A stretch of 64,000 bases of DNA from Chrysomallon squamiferum (GCA_012295275.1 CM022677.1:20274001-20338000), one strand, 5' to 3'; shown: positions 1 to 13,386, numbered from the stretch's first letter. Translations and numbers: made by a program. The notes: generated by a model from the sequence alone, not told the origin.

Positions 1-212
1 TTCCCTTACACACAGTCGGTTACCTCCCTTATACACAATCGGTTACCTCCCTTACACACAGTCGGTTACCTCCCTTACACAGTCAGTTACTTCCCTTACA
101 TACAGTCAGTTACCTCCCTTACACACAGTCGGTTACCTCCCTTACACACAGTCGGTTACCTCCCTTACACACAGTCAGTTATCTCCCTTATGCACAGTCA
201 GTTATCTCCCTT
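1..212. repeat. ~23-25 bp minisatellite (cagtcggttacctcccttacaca)
   Basis: About 8-9 direct tandem copies visible. Confidence 0.9.
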
Positions 213-360
213 GCATAACGTACGTCACTTCCAGACACCGAGTCCGTTATAAACGACTAAAGATATTTTCATGCACACCGAGTTATCTCTCTTCGACTGT
301 ATTTGTGTCTGTGCCTGTGTCTGTGTGTTGTTAGTATGTGTGTCTGTGTGTCAAACATAC

Positions 361-453
361 CACATTTGGCTCCAGACCACTGTTCAGTGCACGTGCACCG
401 AGTACACTCGGGGTCAGAGTGACCGCCATGCTTACAGTTCAGTTTGCAACGTT
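361..453 (-). CDS. Gene A EGF-like exon 10 (last in window; gene continues past left edge)
   Basis: tttacag|...|gtatgt, 93 bp, phase 1-1: ERCKLNCKHGGHSDPECTRCTCTEQWSGAKC. Confidence 0.88.
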
Positions 454-684
454 CTGTAAAATGAAGTCACAACACAGTCAGATGACGTAAGAGAGTGGAA
501 ACCTTCTTTTGTAAGAGTAACACTTATTGTTATTAACTGATAGCAAGATTTATTTATTATTTTTGTTATTATTTTTGTTTATATCTATATGTATTGGAAC
601 ATTCCTATATATATAGGACATTTTTTCCATATGCGGAAAAGCATACAAAATATTTTGTTCATAAAACAGATCTCTCTGTCTGTT

Positions 685-816
<132 letters not shown>

Positions 817-1153
817 GACTGTCTGAGCCCAAACTAATTTTGTATTGCTGACGAAACAGAACAAGAAAAAAAGAGGTAAGAAAAATACTGTATTGTTCAT
901 TAACATTCCTTTTCAGACCACGGACGTACATTATATTCACAAATGATTCCTGACATTAGGCAAACATCACGTCGAAGCTGTAGGCAAAACTACAGGCTGA
1001 GCCAGTGATATTCAGTGGTAGTACAACAAAAGTAAAATGGATGTGATATACTGAAGTATATTGAACCAGCTGTATTGTAAGTTTATCAGTGGAATACTTC
1101 AGATATTGTACAGGTATATATATATATATATATATATAAAAAGTAAAACGTAC

Positions 1154-1246
1154 CACACCGTTTTCCACCCCAGTTTCCTTTACACATGCAGAAATTACAG
1201 GCAGAGTTATGTTTACCACCATGGGCACAAGTCATTTCACAGGTTT
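1154..1246 (-). CDS. Gene A EGF-like exon 9
   Basis: ttacag|...|gtacgt, 93 bp: ETCEMTCAHGGKHNSACNFCMCKGNWGGKRC. Confidence 0.88.
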
Positions 1247-1790
1247 CTGTAATATCAGTATTGTATATTATATATATATATACACACACCCAGTTCACAT
1301 GCACATTCATACATATAGAAATATATACCCATACACACAGCAATACATACACAAACTCATAACCACACATACACATATAGAAACATACACCCATACCTAC
1401 AGAAATACACATATACATTCATATCCACACGCACACACACACACAGAAACAAATACATATTAACATATACACACTCAAAAACTGTGTATACCCAGATACA
1501 TATAGACAGAAAACACACACGCACACACACACACAAAAACACATTCAAAGACTAACACACACACACACAGACATATATACCCTCATATGCGAACAGACAT
1601 TCATACACACAGACACACAGATACACACACAAACAAATACACATTAACAGACACAAACACAGACATACACACATACAGACAGACTCAAACACGTTTTGTT
1701 TGTGATATAATTAATTTCAAACACTGCACTTTTTTTTTATAACCAAAATAAACAACAACAACAACAACAACAACATCGTCAGTGTCGTAC

Positions 1791-1880
1791 CACAGCGTGG
1801 GCCGGTCCAGCCTCCCAGACATATACAGTGGTCACAAGCATCGTTAGCGAAACCTTTGTTCAAGCAGTAGTTACATGTGT
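1791..1880 (-). CDS. Gene A EGF-like exon 8
   Basis: ttgcag|...|gtacga, 90 bp: DTCNYCLNKGFANDACDHCICLGGWTGPRC. Confidence 0.88.
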
Positions 1881-2575
1881 CTGCAATAAAACACACTAAT
1901 AAGTGAGTGAGTCACTGAGTGAATGACTGAAAATGAAAGAATCTTTGAGTGAATGACTGAATGAATGAAAATGGTTGAAATGGGTGAGTAAATGATTGAA
2001 ATAAATGGATTAAAATGAAAGAATGAGTGAGTGAATGAATAAAAGAATGAATAAAAATGATTGAAATAAATGGGCGAGTAAATGATTGAAAAAATGAATT
2101 AAAATGAAAGAATGAGTGAGTGAATGAATGAATGAATCAATGAAAATGAAAGAATGGGTGAACGAATGAGTGAATAAATGAACTGAAATGAAAAAATGAG
2201 TGAGAGAATAAATGAATTAAGATGTAAGAATGAATGAATAAAAAGGAAAGAAAAAGAATGAATAAATAAATTAATGAAAATGAAAGGATTAAATGAATGA
2301 CAGTGTGAATGAATGAAGAATAAATAAACGAGTAAATTAATGCATGAGAATGAAAATAAAAAAATGAGTAGAATGAATAAATAAACAAACAAAACAAGTT
2401 AAAAAAAGAACGAAAAGTAATTTAGATGAATTAAATAAATAAAACTGAAAGGGGTGGATGAACGACAGAATGAATGAAACTGACCAAAGAAATGAAAACG
2501 AATAAACGAAGAAAAACGAACGAAAGAGTGAATGAATAAACACATGAACCAAAGGCAAAAAAAAAAAAAAAAAAA

Positions 2576-2611
<36 letters not shown>

Positions 2612-2728
2612 AAAAAAAAAAAAAAATAAAAAAATTACGCCATCTATATCTATACCTTCTTTCATGCATGAGTGACTGCTCAAGATGGCGGACTACATTT
2701 TTTTTTTTTGATTTGTGCAAAAACTCAC

Positions 2729-2821
2729 CACAGAATGTTCCCTTCCAGTGACCCTTACAATCGCAGTGTTTGCACATAAAGTTAGGCCTGGCTCCATTTT
2801 TGCATGTAATGTTACATACAT
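2729..2821 (-). CDS. Gene A EGF-like exon 7
   Basis: ttctag|...|gtgagt, 93 bp: xVCNITCKNGARPNFMCKHCDCKGHWKGTFC. Confidence 0.88.
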
Positions 2822-2865
2822 CTAGAAACAAATAAATAATAGAGCAACTGTCTAACTGTCTAAAC

Positions 2866-4385
2866 ATGTAATAGTTTACGTTTAGTCTGTCTAACTGTCT
2901 GTGTAATTGTTTATATCTAGTTTCTGTCTAACTGTCTACTCATGTAATTGTTTATATCTAGTTTCTGTCTAACTGTCTACTCATGTAATTGTTTATATCT
3001 AGTTTCTGTCTGTCTGTCTACTCATGTAATTGTTTATATCTAGTCTCTGTCTAACTGTCTACTCATGTAATTGTTTATATCTAGTTTTTGTCTACTCATG
3101 TAATTGTTTATATCTAGTTTCTGTCTGTCTGTCTACTCATGTAATTGTTTATATCTAGTTTCTGTCTAACCGTCTACACATGTAATTGTTTATATCTAGT
3201 CTCTGTCTAACTGTCTACTCATGTAATTGTTTATATCTAGTTTCTGTCTAACTGTCTACTCATGTAATTGTTTATATCTAGTTTATGTCTAACTGTCTAC
3301 ACATGTAATTGTTTATATCTAGTCTCTGTCTAACTGTCTACTCATGTAATTGTTTATATCTAGTCTCTGTCTACTCATGTAATTGTTTATATCTAGTCTC
3401 TGTCTACTCATGTAATTGTTTATATCTAGTCTCTGTCTAACTGTCTACTCATGTAATTGTTTATATCTAGTCTCTGTCTACACATGTAATTGTTTATATC
3501 TAGTTTCTGTCTAACTGTCTACTCATGTAATTGTTTATATCTAGTTTCTGTCTAACTTTCTACACATGTAATTGTTTATATCTAGTCTCTGTCTAACCGT
3601 CTACACATGTAATTGTTTATATCTAGTCTCTGTCTAACTGTCTACTCATGTAATTGTTTATATCTAGTCTCTGTCTAACTGTCTACTCATGTAATTGTTT
3701 ATATCTAGTCTCTGTCTAACTGTCTACACATGTAATTGTTTATATCTAGTCTCTGTCTAACTGTCTACTCATGTAATTGTTTATATCTAGTCTCTGTCTA
3801 ACTGTCTACTCATGTAATTGTTTATATCTAGTTTCTGTCTACACATGTAATTGTTTATATCTAGTTTCTGTCTAACTGTCTACTCATGTAATTGTTTATA
3901 TCTAGTTTCTGTCTAACTGTCTACTCATGTAATTGTTTATATCTAGTTTCTGTCTAACTTTCTACACATGTAATTGTTTATATCTAGTCTCTGTCTAACT
4001 GTCTACTCATGTAATTGTTTATATCTAGTCTCTGTCTACTCATGTAATTGTTTATATCTAGTCTCTGTCTAACTGTCTACTCATGTAATTGTTTATATCT
4101 AGTCTCTGTCTACTCATGTAATTGTTTATATCTAGTCTCTGTCTAACTGTCTACTCATGTAATTGTTTATATCTAGTTTCTGTCTACACATGTAATTGTT
4201 TATATCTAGTTTCTGTCTACACATGTAATTGTTTATATCTAGTTTCTGTCTAACTGTCTACTCATGTAATTGTTTATATCTAGTTTCTGTCTAACTGTCT
4301 ACACATGTAATTGTTTATATCTAGTTTCTGTCTAACTGTCTACACATGTAATTGTTTATATCTAGTTTCTGTCTAACCATCTACG
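2866..4385. repeat. 41/33 bp minisatellite (catgtaattgtttatatctagtttctgtctaactgtctact)
   Basis: Dozens of near-identical tandem copies; shorter variant lacks aactgtct. Confidence 0.95.
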
Positions 4386-4505
4386 TAAGAAATTGTTTAA
4401 ACATAGTGATTGTCTATTAATATGTCAGTGGTCTTTCTTAAAAGAACTTGATATATATTAGCATAAATGTGTATTTGGTTGTGTGTGTGTGTGTGTGTGT
4501 GTGTC

Positions 4506-4672
<167 letters not shown>

Positions 4673-4899
4673 GTATCATTGTTGAGTTAAATTTATCTCA
4701 CAAAAATATTTAATACAAAACTATTCACTCATTCAGCCACGTACTCAGAAATCTCATGCATATTTACTCACAGCCAGCCATTTAACGGCTCACTTACTCA
4801 CTGACTCACTCACTCATTCGGTCACTTGCTCACAGATTTGCGTACTCACTCACTGAGTTACTCACACCAGGTCACGAGTATGTTTTGTGGTCAACTTAC

Positions 4900-4989
4900 G
4901 ACAGTACAAGCCTGTCCACGGTGGAGTGCACGTGCACGATGTACAGTTGTCATTGGCAACGCCATCATGCATACACAGACTGCATTTGC
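4900..4989 (-). CDS. Gene A EGF-like exon 6
   Basis: ttacag|...|gtaagt, 90 bp: xKCSLCMHDGVANDNCTSCTCTPPWTGLYC. Confidence 0.88.
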
Positions 4990-5166
4990 CTGTAAAACAA
5001 AGAAAAATGTACTAAAAAAAAAAAAAAAAAAAAAAAGAAAAGAATAAGAGACAAGAAGAAAAGTCACAACAGAAAATCAGTTAAATACAAACATGAAAAA
5101 AAATGGAAAGAAATGAAATTATTAAAAACGTCCTCACAGTTATGTTTATCTCTAGCTGTTTGTATG

Positions 5167-5239
<73 letters not shown>

Positions 5240-5285
5240 ATATTGGTCCGGTACCTGTATGTGTATATATATATATATATATATA

Positions 5286-5583
5286 CAGGTACCGGACCAA
5301 TTTTCCCGACGCTATTTTCAAAGTTCGAGCGCGCGGGTGTTTTCCTCACCAGACCGCAACTACTCTTTCAAGCCGCGTGGCGTTCGTTCACTCGCCGCAC
5401 TGTTTACGTGTGGAGTCGCCACAGTTGTGTATCGTACAGTTTTTTTCTTTATGTTTTTTAATTTTAAAATGTTTATGCCAAATTATTTACGTCTATAGAT
5501 GCCTTGGTACCAGAAAACCGGAAAATCCAGAAATCCGGGATGCCTTAGGCCCCAAGCAGTCCGGATAATTGTTCCGGTACCTG
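5286..5583. mobile_element. MITE (probably Tc1/mariner-derived), ~300 bp
   Basis: Imperfect ~25 bp TIRs caggtaccggaccaattttcccgac / gtccggataattgttccggtacctg; left end follows a TA microsatellite. Confidence 0.75.
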
Positions 5584-5641
5584 CATCTATCTTTCTATCT
5601 ATCTATCTATCTATCGATCTATCTATCTATCTATCTATCGT

Positions 5642-5719
<78 letters not shown>

Positions 5720-5739
5720 CTAAGATACCGAGAGAGAGA

Positions 5740-5811
5740 CCATGGAGCCTTGCACATGCATAGAACGGAAATCTGCTATACCTCCATTCTGACACTGCAC
5801 GTTACACGTGT
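5740..5811 (-). CDS. Gene A EGF-like exon 5 (garbled/fragmented)
   Basis: tttcag|DTCNVQCQNGGIADFR... then breaks; pieces matching APWSGHT and YACKC recur at 5863-5925 interleaved with repeat units. Confidence 0.55.
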
Positions 5812-5949
5812 CTGAAACAGTGAAGACAATTCAGTTACAAGTCTCTAAACACTGAAGACAATGTGTGTCCTGACCATGGAGCCAATTCATGTTACATTTG
5901 CATGCATAGCAACGGAAAGTCTGCTAAACAGTGAAGACATTCTGACACT

Positions 5950-6365
5950 GCACTGAAACAGTTACACAAGTCTCTGAAACAGTGAAGACAATTCATGTTA
6001 TGTTACAAGTCTCTGAAACTCTCTGAAACAGTGAAGACAATTCATGTTACACGTCTCTGAAACAGTGAAGACAATTCATGTTACACGTCTCTGAAACAGT
6101 GAAGACAATTCATGTTACAAGTCTCTGAAACAGTGAAGACAATTCATGTTACATGTATCTGAAACAGTGAAGACAATTCATGTTACAAGTCTCTGAAACA
6201 GTGAAGACAATTCATGTTACAAGTCTCTGAAACAGTGAAGACAATTCATGTTACAAGTCTCTGAAACACTGAAGACAATTCATGTTACAAACACTGTCAA
6301 GTCTGAAACACTGAAGACAATTCATGTTACATGTATCTGAAACAGTGAAGACAAATGTTACATGT
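5950..6365. repeat. 34 bp minisatellite derived from EGF exon acceptor + exon start
   Basis: Unit ctgaaacagtgaagacaattcatgttacaagtct; minus strand reads tttcag|ETCNMNCLH. Confidence 0.85.
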
Positions 6366-6835
6366 AAAACATGAAGTATGCAAAATTTTAATTTGAACAG
6401 TGAAGACTATTTCTTTATTAACACAAATGTACATGTATTTAAACAAGGAAAAATTCAAATAATGAAAAAGAAACTAAAAACAACAACAAAAAATTCAAAA
6501 ATTAAATAAAAATAAAAAATAATAATAATAATTAATAGCAAAATTTTAATTTGACTAAAAATAAATGAGTAAATAAATAAATAAATAAATAATGAAAAAA
6601 AACTACTAAAAAACAAAAAAAAAAATAAATAAAAAATTAAAAAATAAAACAATCCAAAAAAAAATAAATGATGCAAATATAATATAATCTAAAAAATAAA
6701 TTTAAATAAATAAATTAATAAATAAAAAACTAAAAAAATTTATTTGTTTGTTTAAAAATTTGTTTGTTTGTTGCAGTTTGTTTGTTTGTTTGTTTATTTT
6801 TAATTTCATTTCATTTCATTTTTTTCAAAATTTGT

Positions 6836-6882
<47 letters not shown>

Positions 6883-6891
6883 TCCATGTAT

Positions 6892-6966
<75 letters not shown>

Positions 6967-7038
6967 TGTATCCATGTATTTATTTATTTGTTTGTTTATT
7001 TATTACTATCTGTAAGTTTTAAGTAAACTGATACAAAC

Positions 7039-7128
7039 GACAATGTTCTCCTAGCCAGTTTCCGGTACAGATGCACTTAGAACATGTGAAATCACTAATA
7101 CCTTGATTGCATTCCAGTCCACACTGCT
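7039..7128 (-). CDS. Gene A EGF-like exon 4
   Basis: ttttcag|...|gtttgt, 90 bp: EQCGLECNQGISDFTCSKCICTGNWLGEHC. Confidence 0.87.
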
Positions 7129-7214
7129 CTGAAAATAAATAAATAAATAAATAAATAAATAAATATATAAATAAATGGATACATAAATAAATAAATAAAT
7201 GGATAAAAATAAAA

Positions 7215-7277
<63 letters not shown>

Positions 7278-7292
7278 GGATACATAAATATA

Positions 7293-7331
<39 letters not shown>

Positions 7332-7689
7332 ATACATACATAAATAAATAAACATAAATATATATATAAATAAATAAATAAGTAAATGAATAAATAAATA
7401 ATTAATAAATAAATGCATGAATACATAAATATATAAATAAATAAACATAAATATATAAATAAATAAATAAGTAAATGAATAAATAAATAAACAAACAAAT
7501 AAATAAATGCATGAATACATAAATATATAAATAAATAAATAAATAAATAAATATATATATAAACACATAAATAAATATAAATAAATAAAAAATAAATAAA
7601 TAAATAAGTAAAATGAATAAATAAATAAATGGATAAATAAAAAAATAAAAAAAAAAAAAAAAAAAAAAAACAGATATAAACAACATTAC

Positions 7690-7782
7690 CACACTCAGTG
7701 CCAAACCATTTGTCAGCACAGTTACAGCGGCTGCAGTCTTCCTTGGTGGTGCCTCCATGGTAACAAGCTAACCCACAAAAAG
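7690..7782 (-). CDS. Gene A EGF-like exon 3
   Basis: ttccag|...|gtaatg, 93 bp: AFCGLACYHGGTTKEDCSRCNCADKWFGTEC. Confidence 0.88.
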
Positions 7783-8123
7783 CTGGAAATAATAAAATAA
7801 TAATAATAAAAAAAAAAAAAAATAATAATAATAAAAATAATAAAAAAAAAAAAAAAAAAAAAAAAAAATAAAAAATAATAATAATAATAATAATAAATTA
7901 ATAATAATAATAAAAAAAATATATATAGATAAATATAAATAAATGAATGTATAAATAAATAAATAAATAAATAAGGAAGTAAAAATAAAATAAACAAATA
8001 AATAAATACAGAGATAAATAAATAAGGATGTAAATAAAAAAAAATTAATGACTAAAATAAAACAAAATAAACAAATAACAAAAACAAAAAAACAAAATGA
8101 AGATAATAAAGTAAATAATATAT

Positions 8124-8222
<99 letters not shown>

Positions 8223-8264
8223 TATGGAGACAGAGAGAGAGAGAGAGAGATGGAGACAGTGAGA

Positions 8265-8336
<72 letters not shown>

Positions 8337-8365
8337 CAATAGGAGAATTTAAATAAGATTTTTAC

Positions 8366-8458
8366 CACAATCATAATTTGAAAAGAAATGTTTACATCTA
8401 CAGTGAGTACAACTTTCATTTCGTATTCCGCCATTTAGACATTTCAAACTACACGTCT
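8366..8458 (-). CDS. Gene A EGF-like exon 2
   Basis: ttacag|...|gtaaaa, 93 bp: ETCSLKCLNGGIRNESCTHCRCKHFFSNYDC. Confidence 0.87.
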
Positions 8459-8998
8459 CTGTAACAACAGCATCAACAACGACAACAGCAATCATAATAT
8501 GTGAGAAAGAAAATATGAATTAATTAAGTTTGAATAAAGAAAAGAAAGAACAAGGGAAAATAACGAAAAAGGAAAAAAGAAAACAGACTATTATATTATA
8601 TATGCTCTATGAAAATTCAAATACTATATCTCTTGCGATTGACAGAAAACAATATGACAGCATCAAAATTATAATTCACATTTCCCACTATCATTATATA
8701 ATGGTCATTATAATTAATTCATAATTTATAATACTAAAATGTGTTGCGAGAATTTCTTATTGCGGTATACCTCAAGTAGGCCTCTCCCTGAATCCTTCGC
8801 ACATTTTTAATCCCCCCCCGTAAAAAAAACGTGTTTATGACGTAATCACTGTGCTGGACGGTTCCTTCGTTATAACACACCAGACAAACAGGCCCCCCGC
8901 TCACACCTCTGGTCTCCTCCTTAATGTTCCTTACATTTTTTTTTTTTTTTTTTTTTTGCCCTTAGAATACGAATCTGTTGTAAAAATGAGTTGCTTAC

Positions 8999-9094
8999 CA
9001 CAAGTAGGTCCTGTCCAATAGGCGTGTTCAGAACAGACACAGGAATCACAGTTCGCATTCGGCTGTCCACTGTTTGCGCAATATAAATCACATT
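8999..9094 (-). CDS. Gene A EGF-like exon 1
   Basis: cgacag|...|gtaagc, 96 bp: xCDLYCANSGQPNANCDSCVCSEHAYWTGPTC. Confidence 0.87.
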
Positions 9095-9194
9095 CTGTCG
9101 TAGTAGTAGCAAAAAAAAATTAATACTAGCAAAAAGAGTATAGCGGTACTAGCACTAGTAGTGGTAGTAGTAGTAGTAGTAGTAGTAGTAATAG

Positions 9195-9770
9195 TAGTAG
9201 TAAGACGTAGTGTTAAGAATGGAGTGGTGGTAATAGTAATAGCAGAAGTAGTGTTAAGAATGGAGAAGTAGTAATAATAATAACAGAAGTAGTGTTAAGA
9301 ATGGTAGTAGTAGTAATAGTAATAACAGAAGTAGTGTTAAGAGTGGAGTAGTAGTAATAGTAACAACAGAAGTAGTGTTATGAGTGGAGTAGTAGTAATA
9401 GTAACAACAGAAGTAGTGTTAAGAATGGAGTAGTAGTAATAGTAATAATAGAAGTAGAGTTAAGAATGGAGAAGTAGTAATAGTAATAGCAGAAGTGGTG
9501 TTAAGAATGGAGTAGTAGTAATAGTAATAACAGAAGTAGAGTTAAGAATGGAGAAGTAGTAATAGTAATAACAGCAGTAGTGTTAAGAATGGAGTAGTAG
9601 TAATAGTAATAACAGAAGTAGTGTTAAGAATGGCGTAGTAGTAATAGTAACAACAGAAGTAGTGTTAAGAGTGGAGTAGTAGTAATAGTAACAACAGAAG
9701 GGGTGTTAAGAGTGGAGTAGTAGTAATAGTAACAGCAGAAGTAGAGTTAAGAATGGAGAAGTAGTGATAA
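9195..9770. repeat. ~41 bp minisatellite (gtagtgttaagaatggagtagtagtaatagtaataacagaa) grading into GTA low-complexity sequence
   Basis: About 14 tandem copies. Confidence 0.9.
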
Positions 9771-10142
9771 CAGCATTAGAGCTAATAGTATTGAGAGTAC
9801 TAGTAACAGTGTAGTAGTATTAGCTACAGTAAAGTAGTGCTAGTAATAGTACTGGAAGTTGTAATAGTAGAAGTTATGGTGAGAGTAGAGAGGTAGTGTT
9901 AACAACAGTAGTAGTAGTAAAAGTATACTAGTACTAGTAAAAGTATAGAGTACTAGTAGTAGTATTGGAAGTAGCAATAGTCGAAGTAGTGCTAAAAGAA
10001 TTGTAATGCTGGTGGTAGTGGAGTAGTAATAGAAGTAGTGATGTAGTTAGTAAGAATATAGTAAGAATATGGTTATGGTAGTACTGACAATAGTGATTAT
10101 ACTAGCAAAAGTGAGATAGAAAAATGTATACTTAATACTTGC

Positions 10143-11604
10143 TTCTGCACTTGTATTCTTTCTCGATGATGCTTCTGGAACTTTCTACGAGTGGGTATTT
10201 CTTGGAGCCGATGAGACAGTCGCCCTGCAGTGTTCCTGGTTTCAGCGAGCCGAGGATGATGTACACCTCACAGCTGCATTCGATGCTGTTGCCTTCGAGA
10301 TAGACCTTCTTGAACTTTTCGTTTCCGTAGTGGAAGAGGAAGGCCAGCTTGGTGATTCGCGTTTGCCTGAGCACGAGAGTCAGCGGCCGTCCTTGGTAGC
10401 GAAAAGCATTTCGGTAGATGTTGCTGATCGGGTTTCCTTCCAGATCGAGGTAGCTCACCCTCACTTTCATTAACGTTATCCGGCGCACCTCGCCGAGCTT
10501 GTTGCCCCGGAAAGAGAAGTACCGGAGCTTCGAGAGTGAACCGGCGTATTCGGGAATATCCGTCAAGTCGTTGTTGTTTAAGTACAGCTTTCGGAGACAG
10601 TTCGACTGCGTACTGAGCAGACGCAGTTTCAGCGGCATCGACGTCCTGCTTACGTCGATCTCGGACAGACACACGTTGCTCAACGACATCGGCGTCATCA
10701 AGTTGAGAGGGTTGTCGGTGAGGTTCAGGCTGGCTAACTTGTTCAGCTGAGCGAGGCTCGCTCTCGGAACGTCGGTCAGGGAACAGGAGCTGAGATCGAG
10801 ACGCTTCAGGGTGCGCTCCAGTCCCGAGAACGCCGACTCGTGGAACCTGATGCCTCGGTTCCCGCGCAACGACAGCACTCTGAGGCTGTCCATGCCGGCG
10901 AATTCCTGCTCCGATATTTCCTCAATGTTGTTCTCGCCCAGGTTGAGGACTTTGAGGTTGCGCAGCGTCTTGACGGCGGCGTTCACCTGGCGCAGGTTGT
11001 TGCCGAGGAGGTCGAGCTCCCGAAGGTGTTTCAGCGCATCGAAGGCTCGGAGCGACAAGGTGTTCAGAGAACAGTGCCTGATGACGAGTGTGTGCAGAGA
11101 ATCGAGCCCGAGTCCGCTGAAAGCCGAGTCGTCCAGCGAGTGTCTGACCTGCTCGTTGTCGCTGAGGTCGAGCAGCCGCAGTTTCTTCAGGCCTCGCAGC
11201 ACCGACAGCGGCTTCGCGAAGTCCGCGCCCGTCGTGCCTAAGTTCACGTACAGCAGCGTTCCCGCGAGGTCTCCAAAAGCGTCGTCGTCGATTTGAACGC
11301 GGAGGTTGCTCTTCAGGACGACGGCAGAGATGTTCTTGCCAAGCGGGAAGTCTTTCCGCTTCACTTGCAAGAGTCTGTTTGACGAAAGAAGCAAGCGAAC
11401 TGGCTTTCCTTCGGAGTTGATCGACCACAAGGGCAGAATGTGGCTTAGTGACAGTCCCGAACAGTCGACAGTGAACGCGGAGCCTGGCAGTTCCCACTGT
11501 CTGTCTTCGCGACAGCTGCAGCGTTCTGGACACTGCGTGGCCGTCGTAATCCGAGTAAACATGAAAGCTGTCAAAAATAGTGCTATCAGAGGTAAATAAC
11601 CCAT
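10143..11604 (-). CDS. Gene A large exon: signal peptide + LRRNT + ~15 LRRs + LRRCT-like cap
   Basis: 490 aa ORF; hydrophobic N-terminus, CPERCSC..VDCSG cap, repeated LxxLxLxxN, GNSIECSC..GDC..YKC C-cap; acceptor at 11644-11646; probable GC donor at 10142-10141 (otherwise stop at 10134-10132). Confidence 0.93.
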
Positions 11605-12147
11605 TGATTAGTGAACTTCTTTGCAATAGCAGATTCTAGGTCTCTGAAAAAAAGAAAGAAAGAAAAAAAATGCTACTACTACTATTACTACTTCTGCTAC
11701 TATTATTGTTATTATTTGTTTTTCACAATGTAAATAATTATTTCGAAATAAAAGCCAAAAGTTACGGAAATTATGTATAATAAATACTGGAAATTAGTTT
11801 TATCGTGGTTATAAATCTATTTGACCGAATATCATTGCGTTGCACCTCACAGACCCAATTTTAGTATGACCATATTTATTTATTTTCACCGGAAGATACG
11901 AAGGGTACAAAAGTGTGCGCATGACAGTGGAGTATTAACTGAATTATGGTGTCCGAGTTTTCATTATTCGAGGTTGGAGTGATTTTTATCTTAAAAACCG
12001 TTTGAAATGGACTTATAATACCAGTTTATCTTTAAGATGTATTCATACGTTCATGGTTCAGAACGATTTGGTGACTGAAACGAAGTAGATATTGAATTTT
12101 AACACGCCAATTACATTCAAAAGAGTAAAAACATCTCATTTACTTAC

Positions 12148-12220
12148 CGAAGTGTGTCTTTATCGTTACTGTTTTAACGTAAAATAATAAACAAAAATGT
12201 CCTAAGTGTCCTTCCTTATA
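12148..12220 (-). promoter_or_regulatory. Gene A putative 5' UTR exon and TATA-like box
   Basis: Donor CG|gtaagt at 12147-12142; TATAAG on minus strand at ~12215-12220; same layout as gene B. Confidence 0.55.
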
Positions 12221-12612
12221 GGTGGGTATTAATCTGTGAAAACAAGCTGAAGTTAAAAAAAATGAAAAAAGTGCCTGTACGCTGTTTATTATTGTAAACA
12301 CTTTGTTTGGTTTATTACTTACTTAGCGAACACCTTCCTGCTTGGGTTTCCATGTTTTTCTGACGTTCGTATATTACGTCATCAATAGCTGGGCTTGTAG
12401 TCAAACGACGTGGTTTGACAATTGAGTTTGGTAGTCGGTTAGCATTGTCTTCTTTTTGCGTACATGCACACGCAAAGACAATGGTGTACGCACACGTGAA
12501 ACCACACATCTACATACACACATAAACATGCTTCATATATATAGAAGTACGTGTACAGAAACACAGGTTATGTATACATGCATACAGTATTTTCGTATAG
12601 TGTTTAGGTTCG

Positions 12613-12655
<43 letters not shown>

Positions 12656-13014
12656 AAGTATGTATATATATTTTTTCACACAAATACACACACATACGCA
12701 TCTCTCTGTTGCATCTGTTTCAAACGTAGTGTTAAGTTGTATTATCTGTTCCGTATCTCGAAAACAATTCTAGCTGCCATCAATCTACACATAAGCAGTA
12801 CTATTTTATGTACGTAGTAATTATTTCCTTTATCTAGGTATATATTTGAACAGTTGTATCAACATTTTGGTAGCATTTCTAATGGTAGCATTAGAAATAG
12901 CAGTGTACTAGTAATTGTAGTAATAATAGTAGCGGTGGTAGTAAAATTAGTAATATTAGTAGCAGTAGTGGTAACAATAGTAGTTATACCTGTAGCAATA
13001 GTAGTAGCAATAAT

Positions 13015-13260
13015 ATCAACTTTATTATTATTATCATTACGTAGTTTTCAACTTTATTACTATTATCATTACGTAGTTTTCAACTTTATTACTATTATCA
13101 TTACGTAGTTTTCAACTTTATTATATTATCATTACGTAGTTTTCAACTTTATTACTATTACCATTACTTAGTTATCAACTTTATTATGATTATCATTACG
13201 TAGTTTTCAACTTTATTATTATTATCATTACGTAGTTTTCAACTTTATTACTATTATCAG
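13015..13260. repeat. ~32 bp minisatellite (ttcaactttattactattatcattacgtagtt)
   Basis: About 7-8 tandem copies. Confidence 0.85.
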
Positions 13261-13354
13261 TATGCTTGTTTATATACAGGTTCAGCCAAAAAATACCTTC
13301 ATTATGAGCCGTCGTATCTATAGTAAACTATTATACCTTTCTACTGCACACGCG

Positions 13355-13386
<32 letters not shown>

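Noticed and set aside
10268-11626. Alternative-frame and antisense ORFs over the gene A LRR exon (likewise 31932-33268 over gene B)
   Set aside because: Expected shadows of GC-rich coding sequence; no recognisable motifs
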